Source of the DNA: Alphaproteobacteria bacterium
GTDB taxonomy: Bacteria > Pseudomonadota > Alphaproteobacteria > Rhizobiales > JAJFHR01
Assembly (NCBI GenBank): GCA_024278055.1
Contig: JAJRTY010000099.1
Coordinates: 3,249 to 67,248 of the forward strand
Length of the DNA stretch: 64,000 nt
Direction of reading: 5' to 3'
Shown: in pieces, positions 52,102 through 61,026 of the stretch
Position numbering within the stretch: position 1 is the stretch's first letter
Layout of the letters: each line of letters opens with the position of its first letter
The notes under the pieces: model-generated
The model's database searches: none
What the model was told of the DNA's origin: nothing
Seen by the model: the letters and a program-made list of their open reading frames with translations, nothing else
Program-made: the position numbers and the translations under genes

Positions 52102-52343
52102 TTGGATCATCCTCAAAGTTCGTGCAGATAGTAACATTATTTAATAATAATTATTACTAAATTTTCAAGATTCGTTCCATGCACCTCTGCCACATGCGGG
52201 CGGTAAATTGCCTTCATATGGTTGAGGGCCTATCTTCCCTTGAAAATCTTCAAAATATTAATAGACCCTTAAAGAAGCCCTTTTAGTCTGCACCGGATGA
52301 GGCATCAAGACGATGCTTTTGCGTATAAGGGTTTGAAAACTAC

Positions 52344-54455
52344 ATGGTATGGGGCCGGTCAAAAAAATCTAAAAGCCGCAGCCGTGGGCCGAAAAAATCG
52401 CGGGCGCGTACAACCGGTAAAACAAGAGCCGAAAATCCACCGGGTTTGCTGCGGCGCGCTTCAGTCTATTTATTGCGCAAAGGGGCTTACTGGGGCACGG
52501 TTTTTGCCTTGTGGGGCGGTATTATTTTTGTCGGCCTGTCTTTTTACGTCCTGCTCGACCTGCCCAGCCCGGCATCGCTTGATCTGCCCGAACGCTCCCC
52601 CAGTGTCATCATCACCGCTGCCAGTGGCAAGGTTCTGGCCCGGCGGGGCACGTTTAGCGGTGATGATGTGCAACTGGATCAATTGCCGGACTATCTCTCA
52701 CAGGCAGTTATCGCCACCGAAGACAGGCGCTTCTATGTCCATTTTGGTGTTGATCCAATTGGCCTGATAAGAGCCCTGTTCATCAACTATAAATCAGGCC
52801 GGGTGGTGCAGGGAGGCAGCACCATCACCCAGCAGCTTGCGAAAAACCTTTTCCTCAACCCGGACAGAACCATCCGCCGCAAAATTCAGGAAATGGTGAT
52901 GGCAGTCTGGCTTGAGGCCAAATACACCAAGGTTGAAATTTTGCAGCTGTACCTCAATCGCGTCTATTTTGGTGCCGGTGCTTATGGTGTTGATGCTGCG
53001 GCAAGGCGTTATTTTGGTAAATCTGCCAGTGAGGTAACGCTGCCCGAAGCTGCCGTTCTGGCCGGATTGTTAAAAGCGCCAACTAAATTTTCACCGATAA
53101 AAAATCCAAAACTGGCAGAAGAAAGAGCCTACCTTGTGCTCAATAACATGGTGCGTTCCAATTATATCACCACCCGGGAAGGCCAATTGGCCGTGGATGA
53201 GCCTGCGTCATTTACGGTGAAAAAACCGGGCCGTGCAAACCAGTATATTGTGGATTGGGTAGTGGCCCAGCTTCCCGGGTTTATCGGCACGCCGAAACAG
53301 GACATTATTGTCGAGACAACCCTGGACCCGCGGTTGCAGATGCTGGCGGAAAATGCCGTTAATGAAGTGCTTGATCGCGAAGGGCAGGCCAAAAAAGCTT
53401 CCCAGGCAGCGCTTGTTGCCCTTGATGGCCGTGGTGCCGTGCGCGCCCTTGTGGGGGGGCGCTCCTATGCCACCAGCCAGTTCAACCGGGCCACTCAGGC
53501 CAAGCGGCAACCGGGTTCCGCCTTTAAGCCGTTCGTTTATCTGGCGGCGCTGGAAAATGGCTATTCCCCCGACACTCAAATCCTCGATGGGCCGATTAGC
53601 ATTAAAGGATGGTCGCCAAAAAACTACACCAGAAAATATCGCGGAGAAGTGAGCCTGCGCGAAGGCTTTGCCAATTCCCTTAATACGGTAGCGGTGCGTC
53701 TGGCCCAGCAGGTTGGCACCCGAAAAGTTTTAAAAACAGCCCGCCGCCTTGGCATTACGGCACAGATGCATAAAAACCCGTCCATGGCTTTGGGAACGGT
53801 GGAAATAAGTCCGCTAGAACTCACCGCCGCCTACGTCCCTTTTGCCAATGGCGGCGAGGGAATTTTACCTTTTATAATCAACCGCATCAGGACAAAATCG
53901 GGTGAGATAATCTATCAAAGGCTGGGCTCTGGGCCGGGCAAGGTCATCAAGGACAAGCCGCTTGATCAGATCAATGATCTTCTCGCCTCTGTCACCAGAT
54001 CGGGAACCGGCGTAAATGCCAATTTTGGCGACCGGCCAATAGCGGGCAAAACCGGCACCAGTCAGGGTTTTCGCGATGCCTGGTTTGTCGGCTTCACAGC
54101 TCAGTTGACCACCGGAGTGTGGGTTGGAAATGATGACGGCTCACCAATGAAAAGGGTAGCTGGCAGCGGCTTGCCATTGGCAATCTGGAAAAGCTTTATG
54201 GCGCCCGCCCACGAGGGATTTCCGGTGGTAGCACTGCCGGGTTCGAAACTGCCGCCAATCAAATCAATTGACCAGCTGCTGGCGCGCGCCAACCCGGAAA
54301 CAATAGTTACCGTTCAGGCGATAGCACCGGTAATTGCACAGCCTTCACCACCGGCTGTATTTCAGGAGCAAAAACCTGCCCCGGTTTTGAAGCGGCGGGA
54401 AAAACAGCCGGAATTTACAGTGGAATCGTTTTTTAACGAGGTTGAAGAGCGGTAA
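52344..54455 (+). CDS. Class A penicillin-binding protein (glycosyltransferase plus transpeptidase)
   Basis: GT51 motifs (ATEDRRFYVHFGVDP, GGSTITQQLAKN), transpeptidase motifs (SAFKPF, SLN, KTGTS) and an N-terminal transmembrane anchor. Confidence 0.93.
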   Translation: MVWGRSKKSKSRSRGPKKSRARTTGKTRAENPPGLLRRASVYLLRKGAYWGTVFALWGGIIFVGLSFYVLLDLPSPASLDLPERSPSVIITAASGKVLARRGTFSGDDVQLDQLPDYLSQAVIATEDRRFYVHFGVDPIGLIRALFINYKSGRVVQGGSTITQQLAKNLFLNPDRTIRRKIQEMVMAVWLEAKYTKVEILQLYLNRVYFGAGAYGVDAAARRYFGKSASEVTLPEAAVLAGLLKAPTKFSPIKNPKLAEERAYLVLNNMVRSNYITTREGQLAVDEPASFTVKKPGRANQYIVDWVVAQLPGFIGTPKQDIIVETTLDPRLQMLAENAVNEVLDREGQAKKASQAALVALDGRGAVRALVGGRSYATSQFNRATQAKRQPGSAFKPFVYLAALENGYSPDTQILDGPISIKGWSPKNYTRKYRGEVSLREGFANSLNTVAVRLAQQVGTRKVLKTARRLGITAQMHKNPSMALGTVEISPLELTAAYVPFANGGEGILPFIINRIRTKSGEIIYQRLGSGPGKVIKDKPLDQINDLLASVTRSGTGVNANFGDRPIAGKTGTSQGFRDAWFVGFTAQLTTGVWVGNDDGSPMKRVAGSGLPLAIWKSFMAPAHEGFPVVALPGSKLPPIKSIDQLLARANPETIVTVQAIAPVIAQPSPPAVFQEQKPAPVLKRREKQPEFTVESFFNEVEER

Positions 54456-54476
54456 TAGAAGCGTGTGACTTCAATG

Positions 54477-55238
54477 TCATTTGCCGTAGATGTGCAGCTT
54501 GGCTCCGCTGTTTTTAAGCCACTTTTGCGCGTTTCTGTAATCAGGAATGCACTGTTCCACCAGCCTCCAGAAACGTGGTCCATGGTTCATCTCCTCAAGA
54601 TGAGCAACCTCGTGCGCGGCCACATAATCCAGAACAAATGAAGGTGCCAGGATCAGGCGCCAGGAAAATGAAAGCCCGCCGGTTGACGAGCACGAGCCCC
54701 ACCGGGTGGTCTGATCGCGAATGGTAATGCTTTTGGCGCGAAGGCCCAGGTGTTGGGAGTGAACAGTGACCGATTGGCTGAGATCGCTGCGCGCCTGTTT
54801 TTTGAGCCAGTCGCGTACCCGGCGCGCCAGATGGCGCTGGTCTCCTGCCACATAAATCGTTGGCTGGCTTAACTCTCCGCTGTCGTCTCCGGACATCCAT
54901 ACGGTGCCGCGCTGGTTGGGACAATGCTCTATGGTGTGCATAATGTTGCGCAGGGGAATTTCAGCACCGGGAGTAAAGGCAATAATATCTGGTTGGGCGT
55001 TCAGGCGTGATTTAATCCAGTGGGCTTGAGAAATGGCAAAATCCATAGCCTCGGCTTCGCTGCCGTTACCGGGCATGGTTAAAATCACTTCGGGTTTGTT
55101 GGTACCGATTTTCAGGATAAATCGCTGTGCGCGAACATTACGCCGCAGGATAACAGACACATCCCTCCCGTCGATTTCGAGGTTTCTTGTGCGCAACAAG
55201 GGCGCAGCAGATCGGCGCAAATTGAAAATCATCAGCAA
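54477..55238 (-). CDS. YgjP-like (DUF45/M48-type) zinc metallohydrolase
   Basis: 253 aa with TRWGSCS and YVAAHEVAHLEEMNHGPRFW. Confidence 0.85.
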   Translation of the reverse strand: MLMIFNLRRSAAPLLRTRNLEIDGRDVSVILRRNVRAQRFILKIGTNKPEVILTMPGNGSEAEAMDFAISQAHWIKSRLNAQPDIIAFTPGAEIPLRNIMHTIEHCPNQRGTVWMSGDDSGELSQPTIYVAGDQRHLARRVRDWLKKQARSDLSQSVTVHSQHLGLRAKSITIRDQTTRWGSCSSTGGLSFSWRLILAPSFVLDYVAAHEVAHLEEMNHGPRFWRLVEQCIPDYRNAQKWLKNSGAKLHIYGK

Positions 55239-55309
55239 TAATCTGAATTATGGCAATCGGCGAGACAGGCGAATCACCTCGCATCTTCAATCATTATGCC
55301 ATGATCCGG

Positions 55310-56575
55310 TCAGCTCGCTTTATTTTTTTTGGCCCGGGTTTTGACCGGCTGCATACTGGCTTTAATAAACCGGGTAATTAGCGGTGCTATTTCAGCGTTA
55401 AACCGCCTGCCGTTAAAGACACCATAATGACCTATGCCGGGCTGCAAATAGTGTTGTTTGCGGGCTTTGGGAATATTGGGGCATAATGCGTGAGCTGCTT
55501 CGGTCTGGCCGACGCCTGAAATGTCATCGCGCTCACCTTCTATGGTCATCAGTGCCGTATGTTTGATAGCATGTGTATTAATCTTGCGCCCGCGATATGT
55601 CATGGTGCCCAGGGGCAACGCGTGCTGAACAAAAACCGTTTCTATCGTCTGCAAATAATACTCCGCCGTCAAATCCATCACCGACATGTATTCATCATAA
55701 AACTCGCGATGTTTTTCCGCCGAATCGCCATCGCCATCAACCAGATGGTTGAACAGGTCACGATGCGCACTCAAATGTCGATCAAGGTTCATGCTCATGA
55801 AGCCGGTAAGTTGCAGAAATCCGGGATAAACGCTGCGCATCATGCCGGGTTGAGGGAAGGGTACCTTGACGATGACATTTCGGGCAAACCAGTCGGTGCC
55901 TTTTTTCATCGCCAGATTGTTCACAGCCGTAGGGTTGATACGGGTATCAATCGGCCCGCCCATCAGCGTCATGGATGCAGGTGTACATGTGTCTTTGTCT
56001 TCACTCATCAGTGCCACTGCCGCCATCACCGGAACGGACGGCTGGCATACTGCCATCACATGGGTATCGGGCCCAAGCTCATGCAGTATCTCGATAATAT
56101 AATCGATATAATCGTCAAGATCGAAGGGTCCTTGCGATAAAGGTACCTGGCGTGCATCTGTCCAGTCAGTGATAAAGACATCATGATCATGCAACATGGT
56201 TTCCACTGTACCGCGCAAAAGCGTTGAATAATGGCCGGACATGGGTGCGATCAGCAGCAGCGTTGGCTGGGATTTGGCGATGGATTTTTTTACCTTGGCA
56301 AAATGCAGCAATCGGCAGAATGGCCGCTGCCAGGCAACTATTTCCTCAATGGCGGTTTTCTCACCTTCGATGTCGATGTTTGTTATGCCAAACTCAGGCT
56401 TGCCATAACGCCGCGTGGAGCGTTCAAACAATTCGAACCCGGCCGCCATACTGCGCCCGTAGGCGGTTTGGGTGATCGGGTTTGAAGAATTGGAAAAATA
56501 CATTTTGCCAAAATCAGCAAAAGCGCGCACAGGCGCCATAGCCGCATGGTTCAGTTCGTAGAGATGATAAAGCAT
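55310..56575 (-). CDS. phaZ: Intracellular polyhydroxyalkanoate depolymerase
   Basis: MLYHLYELNHAAMAPVRAFAD..., the typical PhaZ N-terminus. ATG is at 56575; the track ORF starts at 56632. Confidence 0.88.
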   Translation of the reverse strand: MLYHLYELNHAAMAPVRAFADFGKMYFSNSSNPITQTAYGRSMAAGFELFERSTRRYGKPEFGITNIDIEGEKTAIEEIVAWQRPFCRLLHFAKVKKSIAKSQPTLLLIAPMSGHYSTLLRGTVETMLHDHDVFITDWTDARQVPLSQGPFDLDDYIDYIIEILHELGPDTHVMAVCQPSVPVMAAVALMSEDKDTCTPASMTLMGGPIDTRINPTAVNNLAMKKGTDWFARNVIVKVPFPQPGMMRSVYPGFLQLTGFMSMNLDRHLSAHRDLFNHLVDGDGDSAEKHREFYDEYMSVMDLTAEYYLQTIETVFVQHALPLGTMTYRGRKINTHAIKHTALMTIEGERDDISGVGQTEAAHALCPNIPKARKQHYLQPGIGHYGVFNGRRFNAEIAPLITRFIKASMQPVKTRAKKNKAS

Positions 56576-56685
56576 GCAACCCCTTTTTGCCGAGCGATGA
56601 GCGGAAATGCTGCAACGCGGCAATAGTAGCAATATTTTTGCTGCACAGCAACATTAGACCAAAGGATAATACCCAGACTGTCAGT

Positions 56686-57300
56686 TCAAAGCAGTTTTTC
56701 AAGCTCTGCCGCCAGCTCATCCGGTTTTACCCCAAAAGCAAAATGCCTGATGAAGCTGCCCTTTTCATCCATTAAATATATGATGCCGGCATGAGCCACC
56801 CGGTAATTTTCGGTGGGGCCGCTTGTTTTTTCTTTTTCATGATAAACGCGATAGACTGTAGTAACAGCCTCAATTTCTTCCGCAGTTCCCGTCAATCCAA
56901 CCAGCCTGTCACCGTAATTGGCAACATAATCCGCCATTGCGGCAACGTCGTCTCTTTCGGGATCAATAGAAATAAGCAGGGGTTGTATGCGTTTAGCCTT
57001 GTCTCCCAAAGCATCAAGGGCAGCACTCATAACCTGCAACTGGCTCGGGCATATATCAGAACAGAATGTATAGCCAAAATAAATCAGCATGAATTTCCCG
57101 GCATAAGTTTTTTCACTCACACGTTGGCCTTTATCATCGATGAGTGAAAAAGGCCCGCCTATCAGCGCCTTGCCGCTGGTTTTAATTAAAGGTGCAGAGG
57201 TGGGGTTAAGGCCAAAGGCTTGCGGAAACAGAAAAAGCGCGGCAGTGCTGACGAACACACCAGCAGCAACCAGGAGCGTTATCAGGAAGGAAATGCGCAT
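56686..57300 (-). CDS. senC: SCO1/SenC copper chaperone (thioredoxin fold)
   Basis: N-terminal anchor and a CxxxC motif (CSDICPSQL). It lies next to regB-regA. Confidence 0.9.
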   Translation of the reverse strand: MRISFLITLLVAAGVFVSTAALFLFPQAFGLNPTSAPLIKTSGKALIGGPFSLIDDKGQRVSEKTYAGKFMLIYFGYTFCSDICPSQLQVMSAALDALGDKAKRIQPLLISIDPERDDVAAMADYVANYGDRLVGLTGTAEEIEAVTTVYRVYHEKEKTSGPTENYRVAHAGIIYLMDEKGSFIRHFAFGVKPDELAAELEKLL

Positions 57301-57450
57301 GGGGAGGATTCATTTTTCTGGATTTTTTACACGATGTGATCTTTACCTTATAAGCTTGGCCAGATAGTGGCATCAACATCTCATCATTGATTTTTGTATT
57401 TCAGCACGCCATCTTGAATGGCGGGGTAGCACATTTAATTTTCAGGCTTC

Positions 57451-58851
57451 ATGAAAACAATTACCAAAATTACTGAAAATGCCGGGGTCAGACCACATTG
57501 GGCGGGACCGAGGCAGCCACTGTTGCATCGGTTGCGATTGCAAACGCTTATAACATTGCGCTGGATTGCTGTTGCCGGACAATTATCAGCCATCGTTATT
57601 GTCTATTTTGGTTACAGTTTTCCGCTACCTTTTTGGGAAAGCCTGACGGTCATCTCATTGTCGGCTGCTCTCAATATATACTTAATGCTGCATTTTGGTG
57701 CCAATGTGCGCTTGCGCCACCGCTATGTCGCCATGTTACTCAGCTACGACATCATACATCTGGCGGTACTGATTTATCTCACTGGCGGTCTTGCCAACCC
57801 GTTTTCGCTGCTGTTCATCGTTCCCACAACAATTGCCGCATCAACCATCAAGGTTAAATACACCATTGGCCTTGGCCTGCTGACTGTGGCGTGCATAACG
57901 CTGCTTATTCCCTTTCACCTGCCCCTGCCATGGGGTATTGAAAACAATATCCAGCTGCCCTTGATCTATCTTGTCGGAATATGGGTAGCCCTGGTGTGCT
58001 CCCTGTCTTTCATGGGCGTATATTCATGGAAAATAGCCAACGAGGCTCGTGAAATGGCCAATGCTCTGTTTGCCACGGAAAGAGTTCTGGCCCGCGAACA
58101 AAAGTTGACGGCACTCGACGGCCTGGCTGCAGCTGCCGCCCACGAGCTTGGCACGCCTTTGGCAACCATAGCCCTGGTGGCAAAAGAGCTGCGCCATGAA
58201 TTGCCCGATGGCATTGATGCTTCGCAAGATCTCGACCTGCTGATGAGCCAGACCATTCGCTGTCGCAAAATCCTTGCCGAACTCGCCAGTGGCGGCGGTG
58301 AAAGTGATGCTTTTTTGGAGCGCGTGGAAATTGATGCAATGCTGGCGGAAATTATTGAACCTTATAAAGGCCAGCTGACTATTGAACTTGCCGTTTGCCA
58401 AAGTGAGCCGTCGGAGTTGCCAGTGCCGGTTGTCGCCCGAAACCCGGGAATTCATTTTGGCTTGGGTTCGCTGATTGAGAATGCTATTGGTTTTGCCCGC
58501 AACAAGGTTGTTATTAATATCGATTGGAGTGATGAGAAAATTTTCATTACCATAAGAGACGATGGGCCGGGGTTTTCATCCGCCGTTATCGACAGGCTGG
58601 GAGAACCTTATGTGACCACCCGGCCGGTAAATCCTGATGGTATTAATTCGCCGGAGGGCGAGGGCATGGGGTTAGGGTTCTTTATCGCAAAAACCTTACT
58701 TGAACGCTCCGGGGCAGAGGTGTTCGCGAGCAATGAAACATCTCCCCGGCGTGGCGCTATTGTCTCGGTTGTCTGGCCCCGGCAGGCAATTGTTGTCAGG
58801 TCACAAGATACAGGAATGATCGAAGGTGAGGATGTCGAAAATAAAAAGTGA
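57451..58851 (+). CDS. regB: Redox-responsive sensor histidine kinase RegB/PrrB/ActS
   Basis: Multi-transmembrane N-terminal half, H-box AAAAHELGTPLATI, the conserved redox cysteine context (TIRCRKIL) and an HATPase domain. It is followed by regA. Confidence 0.9.
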   Translation: MKTITKITENAGVRPHWAGPRQPLLHRLRLQTLITLRWIAVAGQLSAIVIVYFGYSFPLPFWESLTVISLSAALNIYLMLHFGANVRLRHRYVAMLLSYDIIHLAVLIYLTGGLANPFSLLFIVPTTIAASTIKVKYTIGLGLLTVACITLLIPFHLPLPWGIENNIQLPLIYLVGIWVALVCSLSFMGVYSWKIANEAREMANALFATERVLAREQKLTALDGLAAAAAHELGTPLATIALVAKELRHELPDGIDASQDLDLLMSQTIRCRKILAELASGGGESDAFLERVEIDAMLAEIIEPYKGQLTIELAVCQSEPSELPVPVVARNPGIHFGLGSLIENAIGFARNKVVINIDWSDEKIFITIRDDGPGFSSAVIDRLGEPYVTTRPVNPDGINSPEGEGMGLGFFIAKTLLERSGAEVFASNETSPRRGAIVSVVWPRQAIVVRSQDTGMIEGEDVENKK

Positions 58852-59398
58852 GGATGCGCAGGTTGCCGGTGAAGGCAAGCGTTCGCTTCTGATTGTTGAA
58901 GATGACGGACCGTTTCGCGAACGCCTGCAACGCGCCATGCAGCAAAGAGGGTTTGCTGTCACCGCCGTTGCAACGGTGAAGGAGGGCGTATTTTCCGTCT
59001 TGTCCACGCCGCCGGATTTCGCCGTGGTTGATATGCGCCTTGATGATGGTAACGGGCTGGATGTGATAGAAGCTTTGGCGCAAGCTCATCCTGCTGCCCG
59101 TGCCATCGTGCTCACCGGCTATGGCAATCTTGCCACTGCGGTTTCAGCCGTAAAACTTGGCGCCATTGATTATCTCGCCAAACCGGCCGATGCCGATGAA
59201 ATCTATGCAGCCTTGATGGCTGATCCCGAAACCAAGGCGTTGCCGCCGGAAAATCCTATGTCAGCTGACCGCGTGCGCTGGGAACATATTCAGCGGATCT
59301 TTGTTCTGTGTGATCGCAATGTTTCGGAAACTGCCCGGCGCCTCAATATGCACCGGCGCACCTTGCAGCGCATCCTCGCCAAAAGAGCTCCGCGCTAG
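58832..59398 (+). CDS. regA: Response regulator RegA/PrrA/ActR
   Basis: Receiver domain (LLIVEDD...VVDMRLDDGNG) and the near-invariant C-terminal HTH NVSETARRLNMHRRTLQRILAKRAPR. ATG 58832 is preceded by AAGGTGAGG. Confidence 0.93.
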   Translation: MSKIKSEDAQVAGEGKRSLLIVEDDGPFRERLQRAMQQRGFAVTAVATVKEGVFSVLSTPPDFAVVDMRLDDGNGLDVIEALAQAHPAARAIVLTGYGNLATAVSAVKLGAIDYLAKPADADEIYAALMADPETKALPPENPMSADRVRWEHIQRIFVLCDRNVSETARRLNMHRRTLQRILAKRAPR

Positions 59399-59883
59399 AT
59401 AATTCCAGGGTCGTTAAATCCCTGTAACCGTTGAGCGGCAATGCGTGCGAACCGCAGCATCAGGGCTTTGCGCCGGGCAGCGACCAATCTGTGTTCCGGC
59501 GCTTCGCGCATGATTTCAGCACCATATTTGTCAGCAATGATCAGACCGGTGTCATCGGGCATAATCTCAACCGGCATATCAGCGGCAACGGCAAAAAAGA
59601 AAAAATCGCAATATTCTCTATATTCCGGCCATTTCTGGTCGGCACGAAAATCAGCAACGCTGGATTTAATCTCGGCTATCCACACTTCGCCCCCGGGCCC
59701 AATGGCAATAACATCGGCCCGCCGATTGTTTTTTAGCGGAAGTTCACACAGGCAGACAAAACCCAGTTGACTTAGCATGCGGCTGAGCCCGCGCTGGATC
59801 GCTGCAGCACGCTGGGACTGGCGGCCATCAAGGATGATGAGATCGTCCGGGTCTTCAGAAAAATGTTCCAGGTCTGTGCTCAT
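59395..59883 (-). CDS. mmcB: MmcB-family DNA repair protein (PD-(D/E)xK-like)
   Basis: 162 aa with RADVIAIGPGGEVWIAEIKSSVADFRADQKWPEYREYCDFFFFAV. Confidence 0.8.
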   Translation of the reverse strand: MSTDLEHFSEDPDDLIILDGRQSQRAAAIQRGLSRMLSQLGFVCLCELPLKNNRRADVIAIGPGGEVWIAEIKSSVADFRADQKWPEYREYCDFFFFAVAADMPVEIMPDDTGLIIADKYGAEIMREAPEHRLVAARRKALMLRFARIAAQRLQGFNDPGII

Positions 59884-59903
59884 GAGGGATATATTGACAA
59901 AAT

Positions 59904-60842
59904 TTACAGTTTAGCTGCCTTGAAAGTATCACACTGATTCAGTTGGCCGGATTTGAACCCGCGCTTGAACCAGCCCGAGCGCTGGGCCGAGGTGCCATGG
60001 GTGAAGGAATCCGGTGTCACGCGGCCGCCACCGCGCTGCTGCAATCTGTCATCACCAATGGCTGAGGCGGCATTCAAAGCCTCATCAATATCACCGGCTT
60101 CAAGAATTTGTTTGGCGCGCTCGGTATTGTTGGCCCAGATACCCGCCATGCAATCGGCCTGAAGTTCCATACGCACCTGGATAGCATTGGCCTGAACCCG
60201 GCTTGCATTGCTTTTTGCCCGCCTTACCTGGTTGGAAATTCCCAACAGGGTCTGAACGTGGTGGCCGACTTCATGGGCGACTACATAAGCCTGGGCAAAA
60301 TCTCCCGGGGCACCAAGTTTGGATTTCATTTCCTGAAAAAAACTTAAATCAATATAGATTTTTTGATCACCCGGGCAATAAAACGGGCCGGTAGCTGACT
60401 GCGCCGTGCCGCAGGCTGATCTAACCACATTTGAAAACAAAACCAGTCTGGGTTCTTTGTAGGTTTTGCCCAGCTGTTTAAACTGCAGGCGCCAGGCATC
60501 TTCGGTGTCCGCCAGCACAACGGCAACAAATTTGCCCAGATCATCCTCCAGTTTTGCCGGTTGCCGGTTTGTTTGCGGCGAAGATATTTGCCCGCCACTA
60601 TTACCGGTCAGGCTTTGTAATATGATCTCCGGATCAACGCCCAAAAACCACATAATGACAACAACGGCAATAAGGCCGACCCCGCCCAGACCGCCGCGCC
60701 GGCCGCCCAGGCGCACGCCGCGCCCGCGTCCACGTGGCAATCGAAAGCCGCCGCCCCGGCGCGGAAAGGAAAACCCGCCGCGCGAGGAAGATCCGCGTTG
60801 ATCTTCTATATTTTTGCTTTGCCTGCGTCCACGCCAGCGCAT
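59904..60842 (-). CDS. ypfJ: YpfJ-type neutral zinc metallopeptidase
   Basis: G/R-rich N-terminus, a transmembrane helix, and FAQAYVVAHEVGHHVQ. Confidence 0.85.
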   Translation of the reverse strand: MRWRGRRQSKNIEDQRGSSSRGGFSFPRRGGGFRLPRGRGRGVRLGGRRGGLGGVGLIAVVVIMWFLGVDPEIILQSLTGNSGGQISSPQTNRQPAKLEDDLGKFVAVVLADTEDAWRLQFKQLGKTYKEPRLVLFSNVVRSACGTAQSATGPFYCPGDQKIYIDLSFFQEMKSKLGAPGDFAQAYVVAHEVGHHVQTLLGISNQVRRAKSNASRVQANAIQVRMELQADCMAGIWANNTERAKQILEAGDIDEALNAASAIGDDRLQQRGGGRVTPDSFTHGTSAQRSGWFKRGFKSGQLNQCDTFKAAKL

Positions 60843-61026
60843 GTCGTTCGCACCTTTTGTTGAAAAATTATTTGCAACAACCTTATTGCTAAAACATTTT
60901 TAGATCAATTTATGAAAAACTGTTTTTTAATACCTATGAAATAAAATCAAACTCACAATTGGGATTGAAATAACCGGGTAGAACAGATGTCGGCTTGGTG
61001 ATGCCTTTTTGTCGGGAAAATATTTC

